Shown: in pieces, positions 26,998-38,925 of the stretch | Layout of the letters: every line of letters begins with the position of its first letter | Position numbering within the stretch: the first letter of the stretch is position 1 | Source: Lama glama | Taxonomy: Eukaryota | Direction of reading: 5' to 3' | Assembly (NCBI GenBank): GCA_028534125.1 | Contig: CM052818.1 | Location: forward strand, 23,066,001 to 23,130,000 | Length of the DNA stretch: 64,000 nt | The notes under the pieces: model-generated | Told to the model about the DNA's origin: nothing | Seen by the model: the letters and a program-made list of their open reading frames with translations, nothing else | Databases searched by the model: none | Position numbers and translations under genes: made by a program

Positions 26998-27678
26998 TTT
27001 TTTTTAATCGAAGTATAGTTGATTTACAATGTTGTGATAATTTCTGGTGTACAGCATAGTGATTCACTTGTACATATATATATCTATTCCTTTTCATATT
27101 TTTCATTGTAGGCTATTACAAGCTATTGAATATAGTAGGATCTTTTTGTTTATCTATTTTATACATAGTAGTTAGTATCTGCAAATCCTGAACTCCCAAT
27201 TTATCCTTCCCCACCCCTTCTCCACCTTGGTAACCATAAGCTTATTTTCTCTGTGAATCTGTTTCTGTTTTGCAAATAAGTTCATTTGTGTGATTTTTTT
27301 TTTAAGATTCCACATATAAGTGATATCATATGGTATTTTTCTTTCTCTTTCTGGCTTACTTAATATGATACTCTCCAGGTCCATCCATGTTGCTGCAAAT
27401 GGCATTATTTTACCCTTTTTTATGGCTGAATAGTATTCGATTGTATAAATGTACCACAACCTCTTAATCAAGTCATCTGTTGATGGACACTTAGGTTGCT
27501 TCCAGGTTTTGGCTATTGTAAACAGTGCTGCTATGAACATTGGAGTGCATGTATCTTTTCAAATTAGAGTTTCCTCCAGATATATGCTAAGGATTGCTAT
27601 TGCTGGATCATAGGGTAAGTCTATTTTTAGTTTTGTTTTTTTTTAAGGAATCTCCATATGGTTTTCCATAATGGCAAA
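26998..27678 (-). mobile_element. 5'-truncated L1 (ORF2 C-terminus + 3'UTR) with TSD
   Basis: ORF 27172..27540 (MFIAALFTIAKTWKQPKCPSTDD...IEYYSAIKK...PFAATWMDLE) is L1 ORF2 C-terminal/3' sequence. TSD ccctacaccactctt (26983-26997) / ccatacactactctt (27679-27693). Confidence 0.95.
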
Positions 27679-27921
27679 CCATACACTACTCTTGACGCTA
27701 AATTATACATTTCCAAACTTATCATTTCTCAGTTAGCTGTAATTTAAAAAGTGTTCCTTATTCTTGGCTTCAGGTTTCTTCCCATCTATCTATAATTCTC
27801 AGAGTGGTCAAATTTGCTCATGAAACCTGTCTTTTCCTTCCTTTTCTCTTCTGTTATTTCCATTTAAAAATGGACATGAAGATGGAAGGTACTACCCTGG
27901 ACAGGCTTTTAATTACTAAAG

Positions 27922-28165
27922 CACAGCACGGCAGGGGTTAGTGTCTGACCATTAGGTGAACCTGTTTGAATCCCAGCTCTGCCACCAACTCCTGGTGTGA
28001 CCTTGGAGCAATTTTCTTAACCCCTCATGGCCTCAAATTACTCATCTGTAAAACGTGGTTAAAAATAGCCCTAACCTCATTGATGAGCACTAAATGAGCT
28101 AACGCCAGAACATTTAGTAAAATCTCTGGCACTCAGGAAACACATAATCAATGCATTATTATTTC
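27922..28165 (+). mobile_element. MIR SINE
   Basis: tttgaatcccagctctgccacc...tgtgaccttgg...gcctcaaattactcatctgtaaaa. Confidence 0.85.
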
Positions 28166-28335
28166 TATTACAGTAATTACTCAGCATTCAGCATTATCTA
28201 GCTAATGGTGGTAAGCTTAATCAGATTTTACAGTTAACATTTCTTCCTTCTGAAACTCCTTAGTGCCCACAGAGCTAACATTTGCTTTAATCAAAAGTAT
28301 TTACTTGATAAATTTTTTTAAAGTATTTTCTTGAT

Positions 28336-28532
28336 ACTAACTACTATATATACAATAGATAAACAACACATTTATACTGTATAGCACAGGGAACTATTCG
28401 ATATCTTGTAGTAACCTATAATGAAAAAGAACATGAAAAGGAATATATGCATGTCTATGTATGACTGAAACATTTGCTGTACACCAGAAATTGATGCAAT
28501 GTGGTAAACTGACAATACTTCAACCAAACAAA
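28336..28532 (+). mobile_element. Short L1 3' tail with TSD
   Basis: actgtatagcacagggaactatt...gctgtacaccagaaattga. Flanks aaagtattttcttgat (28320-28335) / aaagtatttgcttgat (28533-28548). Confidence 0.9.
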
Positions 28533-29805
28533 AAAGTATTTGCTTGATGGTGCCTGTGAATTCTTTGTTAGGAGAGGAGGGGAAGAGGAGAAGAGGATCA
28601 TTTATAAATGATGGAAAGGAGGTACTTTCCCTCGGGAGTTCCTCTCTATATCTGAAAGAAGAAAAGTCCCATCACTCTTGAGGGTTTGCTGTGGATGGGC
28701 AAGGGGTGCAGAATCGGGTCCCGGCGGAGTCTGTTAGTGGAGGAACTGTGGGTAGAAGTGTGACGTGGCTCAGTGTATCAAACAAGCACATGTACTAGGC
28801 TTCTACCTGTTATCCAGGTAGCAGGAGATGACGGTAATGAGTGGAGGTCTTTGCGTTTGGAGAAAGATACAGTGGGGGAAAGATATAGTGATGGGCAGCA
28901 TTTCTGGTGCACCACGAGGCACTGGGCATAGTCTACAGTGGGAGCTGAGAAAAGGGGAACTGGAGCTCCTTTGCATAACAGAAATAAGGCATGTCCTGAT
29001 TCAGTTGGGCAGCATATGTTAGAAGGTTAGAATATGTGTAGGAATATGCTCCCTTCCCTTCCTTAATATGGATTTGGGCTGAGACTGAGGCTTATAGTTT
29101 GTCTTTGGCAGGTGTGTAATCTAAGAGGTACTCACAGGAGATCAGAAAACCATATGAAGAATGAGGAGGGGTGTCATGATTACATGCTGGCTGAGGCACC
29201 CCGAAGAGAACACAAACTGGAGAAAGGAAACCTACCACAGATTATTCTGGGACCTACCTAATTATATGGCGTGATTCCTCGTTGCATAACTCAGACTTTG
29301 AGAAATGTATTGCTGTGGATCACTCTTATCTTACAGATTATCCTCTTTTGGGGTAGAGGCTAAGGGTTGGGTGGATATCATGGTGGGGCGGGTGTTGCAT
29401 TAAAATGTGAACAACAGGATAGTTTGTATTCTTTGTCTTTGGGTGCTCTAGTCCCAGGGCCTAGAAAAGTGCCTAGGACATTGTAAGTACTTAGTAAATA
29501 TTTGTTGAATGAATGAATTTCGCCATGGAGAGGAAAAAAGTAGGCTCACAGAGGAAAAGAAGGAAAAGAGTTTGGGCCTTGAGGCTGGCCAGCAAAGTTA
29601 GGACTGCGGCAGGCCTATGGGGAGACCTTGCTAAGGGTTTTTCCTTCTTCCCTTGGGCTCTGGGAACAATCATATTTAATATCCAGCTTTTTTTCCCCCT
29701 CTGCTTATTCCCAAACTGTCAACGATGTGGCTCACACATGTGTTAGAGGTGTAGAATTAAGAGGCAAGATAACAAAGGCAAACGAGGCTTCCCTGCGTCC
29801 TTCCT

Positions 29806-30235
29806 TGTGTTAGTTTCCTATGGCTGGTGTAACAAATGACCACAAACCCCCCAAATGTATTGTCTTACTGGTCTGCAGGTCAGAAGACCTAAAATCAAGG
29901 CAGCGGCAGGGTTGCGTTCTTTCTGAAGTCCCTGGGCGAGAATCTGTTTTCTTGCCCTTTTTAGCATCTAAAGACAGCCCGCATTCCTTGGCCTTTCCCT
30001 CACATCCCTCTGACCTCTGCTTCCATCGTCACATCTCCCTCTCTGACTCTTACTCTCTTTCCCTTATAAGGACCCTTGTGATTACATCGTGTTCGCTCGG
30101 ATATTCCAGGACTATCTCCCCAACTCAAGGTCCTTAATTTAATCGCATCTGCAAAGTCCTTTCGCCATGTAAGGTAACATATTCACAGGTTCCAGGATAT
30201 GGACATTCTTGGGGGCCATTCTTCTGCCTGCTGCA
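29806..30235 (-). mobile_element. MLT1C/D solo LTR
   Basis: tgtgttagtttcctatggctggtgtaacaaatgaccacaaac ... ttataaggacccttgtgattacat ... catctgcaaagtcctt..gccatgtaaggtaacatattcacaggttccagg. Confidence 0.92.
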
Positions 30236-31247
30236 CCCCCGAGGCCACCATCAGTGTCATGCTGAGGGAAGACAGCAGCCCCAGAACCTAGGCCAGGACC
30301 CACACTCCAGTAAGCAGAGACCCTGGCTGAGTGTGGAGTTTAGGAGCAGATGAAGGCAGAGGAACAGGCTGCAGACTGGACTGGCTTTGGAGATAAGGGA
30401 CCCATTCCTTTCTGCAAACATACTGGAGGAAAGTGATTCTTAGTGACAGAGGCAGAAAGAGAGTCTGCACTTGTGGATAGAGGGGCTGTCCGGGCAGCAG
30501 ACACTCAGGTTACAGGGTTAAGAATTTGAAACAATTTCTAAAGTGCAGAGCTGGTTTATGGCAGGTGCACAATTCAATAAGAGCCATCTATTATTAATAC
30601 CAGAGGGAGAAAGGTGAGGGGGGCAGACCACTCCAGCCCCAGCTGCCGGGGGAGGCGGGTCACACACAGCTCTACACCCCGACCCCGGGGAAAACAGGAA
30701 GAAGACCTGTCACGAGGGAATAAGGTACAAGGCAGGTGTGCAGAGGTACAATTTCAAAGGCTCTTTATCTTAACGTCTTCCCACACAAGCTGGGAGGAAG
30801 CATCTGGCCGGTTCTTTAATGAAACTTGGAACTCACTGCTGCAGTCAAGAAGGAAATATTTTTGTGGTTTTTCTGTGGGGGAAGAAAGTAATAAATCTTT
30901 CTGTTGTTGAAGGAACACCTTTCACTGGTGCAGCTCTGAGAGGGACAGATGATTATTAAAGCGTACGTGCTTGAAAGTTTGTTCATCAGGCCATTGGGAA
31001 GCTTCATGGAGACCCTTGAAGGGCAAGAATAAGGTCTGAGCTGGTGGTCCCAAACTCAAAGGTAGTCACAGAAGATATAGATTTAAATAGATATTCCTAT
31101 TAGAACAGCTAGGTTTTCGGGGTGAGTGTTGACTCCCCATGGATTTCTTACAGAACCCCTGCTCAGCAAAAGACGGCTGTAATCAGTGCCCACTCTGATC
31201 GGTAGGATGTGGTAGAAGAAAAAGACAAGATCTTGTTCTTAAGGAGA

Positions 31248-31520
31248 TCATTCATTCTGTACAAATGTGCTGAACTGTTGCTGGATGTGCTAGGCATTGA
31301 TCTAGGCTCAAGGGAGACCTCAGTGACCAAAACAGACAACGAGTAATGATGATGTGTCAGCTGGTGATGAGGGGTATGGAGACAGACAAGGCAGAATAAA
31401 GGGCTGGTGAGTGGCATTTGATGTAGGTGGTGGGGACAGGCCTCTCCGACAATGGGGTACTTGTACAGAGACCTGTGAGAAGTGAAGGTGGCAAGGGGGC
31501 AAGTCACACAGACCTCTGAA
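31248..31520 (-). mobile_element. L2 3' fragment
   Basis: tcattcatt...tgtgctaggcattgatctaggct...cagtgaccaaaacagacaa. Confidence 0.75.
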
Positions 31521-32703
31521 GTGTGGGCCAGGTGGAGGGACCATCTATCGAAGTATATAAAAGTAGCTCATTTTTCAGTGGGCACTGTGTTCAGTGCTGG
31601 CCTGGGGTGCAGTATCTGTCTCTCCCCTCAAGCACAGTCCTCAACGCACAACGTTTGGTAGCAGCTCCTTTGTGTAACAAACACATCCCCATCTCCAGGC
31701 TTACTTGAGGAGGGCATCCTTCCAAACTGGGCCAATCAGAGTCCAAGACAGACGCTGTTGTAGCAATCTTGCATAAAATGAGGGCAATAATGAAGGGAAA
31801 TCAGCAGCACGCTGGGACTGTCTCTAGGGTCGAGGTATGTTTCGAGTATAGGAGACTCGAGTTCAAAGGTCTGGCTGCAGGCAGAAGCCCCAAGCCTGTG
31901 TGATGGAGCATGGATTTACCAGCCTGTCTTTGAGGCAAAGACTTGCCCCAAGGCTATGCATACACAGTCGGAAACTTTCCTAGGGTACGTCAACCCAGTG
32001 CTGCTACCCTGCCTACATCTCCTGAGCAAAGGTACCTAGATTCGGTGCAGAGATTGCAAAGGAAGGGCGCACAGCAAGCAGAAATACCTTCACCAAGGCT
32101 GCCTAGGCTTGGAGCAACATTCCTTCAGGGCTCCCTACGCATACATGCCTGATGAACAGAAATGTAAACTGGATTTTTTCGAAACTCTTTCCCCGAATGG
32201 TGCCTTTTTAAAGGCACTACCTTTTAAAGAAGTCTGGCTGTTTCTGTCCTGATAATGTAACTTCCAGTGGTAGGTGTAAGGAAGGTTGGTTTTTTTTTCA
32301 ATGAAAAAAAGGGCAGTTTTCAGACGCGGAAGCATTATCTTTTTCATACCCAAATATCCAGCGGCCGGATGGAGTAAGTCAAGCTCTGACACGCCTCTTG
32401 CTCCAAGCTCTGCCGTCTCTTGAACTGCAGCCTGTCCGCAGCTTAACCTGAGTTGGCTGAGCAGCTTCCCTCATGAGTAAGATGCAAATAGCAATGTTCT
32501 CAAGGCCAGGGCATTGCTTTCTCCTGGGGAGGCTGGGAATCTCCAAGGTGTTTCTCTGCTGAGCTGAGATTTCATGAAATAAGTTGTGTAAAGAATTTTA
32601 CCGTAATGTCTTGCACTGAATACTGAATGCCGAACAAACGCCAGTCGTTGCTAAATAAATGCTGGTGCCTATGGAGGCCATGTCAAAAAAGGAAGTCCTT
32701 TCC

Positions 32704-32950
32704 AGTGAGAGATGCATGCTGAAGTATTTATGAGGGAAATGACACTGTGTCTAAAACTTGCTTTTAGAAATTCCAGCTAGAAAAAGTGCATATTTGGGGA
32801 GTGGGGATGGAAGGGGCGTAAGGGTGATAGATGAAACAAGATTGGCACCTGAAGAGATTGTTCAAACTGGGTGGTAGGGACATGGGGGTTCACTATTCCA
32901 TTCCGTTTCACTTTGTGTGTGTTGGAAATTTTTCACGATAAAAGTTAAAA
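32704..32950 (+). mobile_element. L1MC-type 3' end
   Basis: gagatgcatgctgaagtattta ... atagatgaaacaagattggca ... catgggggttcactatt ... gaaatttttcacgataaaagtt. Confidence 0.8.
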
Positions 32951-34149
32951 GACAGAGGGAAAAAATGATGTCAGTCTGACCCCTTCTTTTTGCCCTGGGC
33001 TCTGTTGTTACATAATATCAGAAGGGATCTGAATGTGGGGAATTTGATTATGGGAGTTTTCGCAGTGTGACTTCAACAAAGGGAAAAGTATGATGGATTA
33101 TTTCTGGAGAGTGGAGCTGGCAAGGTTTCCAAGAAGAGTGATGTTGAAATGAATAATGGAGATTCCTTGCTCAGTGATGCAGCCCTCGGGCTTTTGTCAA
33201 ACGTTCTGGGAAATTGTGGAAGGGGCTGGTGTCACTCCTGAGGCTTAGCACTTGTGCAATGCAGGAAACAGCCACACATTCCCTGTAGTTGCCCTCAGTC
33301 CCTCAAGGATGCTGGGATTTACTTGGACTTTATACCCAGGGCTGTGGCCAGGACAGTGCAGCAGTCGCAGGTCAGGCGAGCATCCTGGCTCCCTGGACGT
33401 GGCCTTCTCAGATGCCTCAGTGTCTTCCCGGGGTGCGGGGGTCGGGGTGGGGGGCACCGTTGAGAGAGTGTGTGCAGCGCATTCAGGCATGGCAGCCAGT
33501 CTCCGGTATTCTCACTGATTCCCACTAAGCCCAGAAAGGAGCACTGGAATGCAACACGGGAAGTTCCCTCTTTTCAACCCCTGTCACTGGGCTTGGAGGG
33601 TGGGGTGGAAACTGGCCTCTGGGTTACCACACCCAGCTCCCTATCCACTCTGGCCAGAGACTTTACATCCTCAACAGCTGCTGTCTGTGTTTGGCTCTCA
33701 ACTCAGTTGCCTTGACCCAGCTCCCAGGGACCAGTTTGCAGGGGACAACTGTGACACTGGCAATCCGATCATAACTGACCTGCACCCTCTCCTTCCCTCC
33801 CCGCTCCCACCCCTGCCGCATACATCGTATGTTCTCACTTCATTTATAAGATGGGATTTATCTTGGGAGCATCACTGATTTGCCCCACAGTTTTGCTCTG
33901 AACTTTCTTAGGACTTATTCTGAAAGCTCATCACTTCAAGTGGGTGGGGAACTGGCTCACTTTTTCAGTGAGTTTCAGTGGAATAAAGAATAAAGTGATG
34001 GAGATACCTTCGTCTTGTATTGCTTGGACCACTCTAGGGGGTAAGTCTGGACAGTGAGTGGTGCTTTAGGAATCATCTTGGCTCTTTGTCATAGTTAATT
34101 TTACAAATCAAGATATGACATGGGCTATGAACTCTGTGGTACTGCCTTT

Positions 34150-34660
34150 TTAAGAGCTCATAATCCCTTAAAAATCATTTAAATCCTTCAATATGGTAAT
34201 AGCACTCCTGGAAATTTCTACAAAGGAAATAATTCAAAAGAAAAAGAGGGGAGGAAATCTCTATATGGACTTAAACATTTATGGGAGAATAACTTATAGT
34301 AGTGAAAACTGGAAACATCTTGATGTCCAGCAGCAGAGGTATGATTAAACAAATTATGATACATCTGTGGAAAACAATGTAGCCACAAAAAATGATAATT
34401 AGGAAGACTATGCAAGGAAAGTGAAAGTGTTTATTAAGTGATATTAAACAAAGAAGTGGAACACAAAAATTATATGAACATTATGTAATTATATTATAAT
34501 AATGTAATTCCTATATCTGACTGAAGACTGAAAGGAAATCTGGAAGAAGAGAAAGCAGTTGTGTTAAGTGGTAGAAAAAAACAAGTGATGTTTTTCTTTT
34601 TAAATACTTTTAGCATTGTTGTAGACTTATTTTGGTAATAAATAATTCTTTAAAAAAAAA
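34150..34660 (+). mobile_element. Old L1ME 3' fragment
   Basis: gtaatagcactcctggaaattt...ggaaataattcaaa ... aaaactggaaacatcttgatgtccagca ... aacaaattatgatacatct. Confidence 0.6.
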
Positions 34661-35644
34661 AGAATACTCAAGCTTCTTAACTTGTGATTGTTGGAACTTT
34701 GGGCAGTAAGTGAGAAAATATTCAAAACCTAGAGGAAGTCACATCAGCAACTATCAAGTCTTGAGCTCAGAATGTGACATTGATAATAGGAGGAGTCAGG
34801 TGAGAGGATGTAAAGATAGCAGACATAGAAAACAGGTCCAAGAAGGCACTGTGGGGGAAAGGATTTGCATAGTTGAATATGTACAAAAAGGAACAAACTC
34901 ACATCCATTCAATAGCCTGTACTGAGTCTAATGATACCTGTGAACAGAGAGAGAGAGAGCAAGAGCCAAAGAGGCATTTATATTAGTCTTTCTCTTTATC
35001 TCTTTGAAATGCACATTGTCCCTGAAACATCAATGGTCCATTTTGGGGGTCTGATCCTTTCCCTGGAGGCAGCTAAGCAACTCCTCTGGAGGAATGATTC
35101 AAATCATTCCTGATTTTTAAATATTAATCCTTGGCCAACTTAATTAATCATAGTATACCAACAAGCCTTTACCCATAGGAGATGAATCCACCCCAAACTG
35201 CTCTTTTCCCATAATCTTGCCTTAAACGTGGGTGGGTAGCTCAGGGCAAATTCTGGTCCCAGGCTGCCAATGTTGTGTATTAATGGAGTGAAGCTGGTTG
35301 ACAGTCTGCAGCCTAAGATGGTTTTTGGAGGAGAATTTATGTGCCAGGGTTAATTACAGCTTGACTTAAATCTTAGATTGTGGATGGACCATGAAAAAGG
35401 CAGTTTGATGACTACTATGTGGTCAGGTGAACCCAGATACTTAGATCTTTTAAGAGGAAAAAGAAAAACTATAAAATCATCTCCAGGGTACAGACACTGT
35501 GGTAGGTCCAGGGAAAATTACAAGTTTTGGGTTAGACAAGACTCCTGTCCACAATCCAAAAGCGTGTGTTGGGGAATAGGGTAGAAACACAGATAGAACT
35601 CAAGTCAATAAACACGTCTCACAGAACAAAATACAAGTACCTCA

Positions 35645-35830
35645 AAGCAATAAACTTTGAGTTTAGGTAATCTGGGTTTAAATCCCAGCTAGGCTCTTTG
35701 ATCAACCATACGATCTTAGACAAGTGTCCATGAGTCAGTTTCATTTTCTGTAAAATGAGAATGAATAATAACTGCCTCAAAGGCAAGTATGAAGATTACA
35801 TAAGATAATGCATTTGAGAATCTGTTGAAT
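35645..35830 (+). mobile_element. MIR SINE
   Basis: ctgggtttaaatcccagct ... tcagtttcattttctgtaaaatgagaat. Confidence 0.75.
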
Positions 35831-37615
35831 CCAAAATGTGAACTGTATAAGGCAGTGGCTCTCAAACTTGGCTGCATATTGGAATCACTCAGGGGGTTAA
35901 AAAAAAAAATAGTGATGCCTGGGTCACTCCCCCAGAGATTCTGAATTAATTGGTATCATGTGTGGCCTTGCAGTCAGATACTTAGAATGGTAGAAGAGAA
36001 ACAAACCCATAACTATGGTTGGAGATTTCAATACCCTTCTCTCAATAATTGATGGAACCAGTAAGATAGAAAATCAGTAAGGAAGTAGAGGACTTGAGCA
36101 ATGCTATCAATTAATTTGACTTAATTTGACATTTTAAGAACATTCCACTTAACAATGTCAGAATACATAGTCTTTTCAAGAGCACACAGAACATTTTCCA
36201 AGATAGACCATATTATAGCTATAAAATAAGTCTTAAGAAATTAAAAAATATCCAAATCAGACAGAGTGTATTCTTTGATCACAGTGGAATTCAAGCTAGA
36301 TATTAATAACAGAAAAATAATTGAGAAATAGCCAATTATTTGGGGACACATTTTCACACTTTTAAATAACCTATAGGTCAAAGAAGAAATCACAAGGGAA
36401 ATTAGGAAATATTTGGAACTAAATGAAAATACAATGTATCAAAAATTTTGAAATCCAGCCAAAACATTTATAGGGAACTTTATACCACTAAACACTGTGC
36501 AGAAGAAGAAAGGTCTCAAACCAATGAGTTTAGATTCTACCTTAAGTAACTAGCAAAAGAGCAAATTAAACCTAAACCTAAGCAGAAAAGTGTAAATTAT
36601 AAAGAGCAGAGAAGAAATTAGTGAAATAGAAAACAGAAAAATAAGAAAGAAAAATCAATGAAATCAAAAGCTTGTTCTTTGAGAAGATCAATAAAATTGA
36701 TAGACTTCTAGCCAGACTTCTTTTCCTGAAAAGAAGAGAGAGAAGACACAAATTACTAATACCAGGAATGAGAAAGGTGATATCACTACAGATTCTACAG
36801 ACATTAAAAGTATTATAACAGAAATAAGAAAAGCTTTGTGCCACTAAATATGACCAACTTAGAGGAAATGGAAAAATTCTTTGATAGATGCAATTTATCA
36901 AAGCTTATTCAAGGAAAAAACAGGTAACTCATATAGCTCTACATCTATGAAATAAATTGAATTAGTGGTTAAAAATGTTCCCATAAAGAAAACTTCAGTC
37001 CAAGATGGTGAATTCTACCAAATATTTAAGGAAGAAATAGTACCAGTTCTACACACAACCACTTCAAGTAAGCTGAAGAGGATGGAATATATCCCAACTC
37101 ACTCTATGAAACCAGCATTACTCTGATATCAAAACTAGACAAAAACATCAAAGAAAAGAAAACTAGAGACCAATATCTCTCAAGAGAATCAATGCAAAAA
37201 TTCTTAAGCAAATTTTAGCAAATAGAACTAACAGTATATATAAAAGCTAATAAATAATAAGCAAGTGCGTTTACCTTGAGAATGCAAGGTTAGTTTGATA
37301 TTTGAGAATCAATCAATGTATTAACACCACATTAACAGACTTCAAAGAAAAAGTATATGAGTATCTCCATAGGCACAGAAAAAGAATTTGACAGAATTCA
37401 AGATCCATTTCTGAGTTTTACAAAAGCAACTCTCAGCAAAGTAAGGAGCTTCTCAACTTGAGAAAGGGCATCAATGAAAAACCTAAAGCTAACATCATAC
37501 TTAATGGGAAAGACTAACCGTCTTTCCTCTAAGACCAAGTACAAAGCAAGATTGTCCACTGTTGTTATTTATATTCAACAATTTACTGCTTCTAGCTAGT
37601 ACAATACGGTAAGTA

Positions 37616-37618
37616 AAA

Positions 37619-37669
<51 letters not shown>

Positions 37670-37670
37670 A
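37616..37670. repeat. (AAAT)n microsatellite inside L1
   Basis: About 13 perfect AAAT units. Confidence 0.97.
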
Positions 37671-38442
37671 ACCCAGACTGAACAAGAAGTAAAACTGTCT
37701 ATATTCTCAGACAACATAATTATCTATGTAGTAAATTCTATGGAATCTACCAAAAAGCTACAAAACTAACAACTGAGTTTAGGGAGGCTGCAGGATACGA
37801 GATCAATATTAAAAATCAACTGTATTTCTTAATAGTTTCAACAAACAGTTGGAAATTGAAATTGTATAAACATTAGCATTTATAATTGCATAAAAATATC
37901 AACTACTTAAAATTAAACCTCAAAAAAGGAGTCTAAGACCTGTATTGCTGAGAGAGTAAAAGATGACTTACAGATATGGTGAGATATACTGTGTCTATGG
38001 ACTGGGAGATTAAAAATTGTTAAGATGTCAGTTCTCCCCATGTAGAGCTACAGAATCAATGCAATCCCAACCAAAATTCCACTAGACTTTTTTAAACCCC
38101 AAAACTGAAAAACGCTGTAAAATTTAAGTATATTCTAAAAATCTTATTTTTCTTAGAAAAAGAATGAAGTTGGATTTCAAGACTAATAATAAAGCTATAG
38201 TAATCAAGACAGTGGGAGATTAGCATAAAGATAAATCAATGGAGCAGAACGGAGAACTCAGAATAGACCCCACAAATATATGGTCAGTATAGAGAAAGGC
38301 CAGACATTTCAATAAATGTTGCTGAAACCATTGAATTGCCATATGCACAAAATAAACATCATTCCAAATCTTGCATCATACATAAAAATTAAATCAAAAA
38401 TGGATCATAGACCAATATAAAACCTAAAATTATAAAACATCT

Positions 38443-38571
38443 TTTTTTTTTACATTTTTTAATTGGGTCGTAGTCAGTTTACAAAGCTGTGTCAATTTCC
38501 AGTGTAGAGCACAATTTTTCAGTTATACATGAACATACATATATCATTGTCACATTCTTTTTCACTGTGAG
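38443..38571 (-). mobile_element. Young L1 3' tail (subfamily B) nested in old L1, with TSD
   Basis: Shares ttcagttatacatgaacatacatatat with 2844-3127. TSD aaaattataaaacatct (38426-38442) / aaaattacaaaacttct (38572-38588). Confidence 0.9.
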
Positions 38572-38815
38572 AAAATTACAAAACTTCTAGAAGAATATAT
38601 GGGAGAAAATCTTTGTTTCCTTGGCTTAGGTAAAGACTTCTCAGTTATATCACCAAAAGTGCAATCCATAAAATATTAATAAATTAGACCTCATCAAAAC
38701 TAAAAACTTCTGCTCTCTGAAAGACATTGTTAAGGGGCTAAAAAGATCAGGAGAAAGTATTTGTCAATCACATATCTGACAAAGGACTTGTATCCAGAAT
38801 ATATAAAGAACTCTT

Positions 38816-38885
38816 TTTTTTTCTTTTTTTAATTGAAGTTGATTTACCACATTGTGTTAGTTTCAGGAGTACAGAAGTGATTCAG

Positions 38886-38920
<35 letters not shown>
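38816..38920 (-). mobile_element. Young L1 3' tail with (AC)n nested in old L1, with perfect 21-bp TSD
   Basis: T-tract, aattgaagttgatttac...gattcagtt, (AC)~17. cagaatatataaagaactctt at 38795-38815 and 38921-38941. Confidence 0.9.

Positions 38921-38925
<5 letters not shown>

Noticed and set aside
27172..27540. 122-aa ORF as a host gene
   Set aside because: It is L1 ORF2 C-terminal/3'UTR sequence within a truncated insertion bounded by a TSD.
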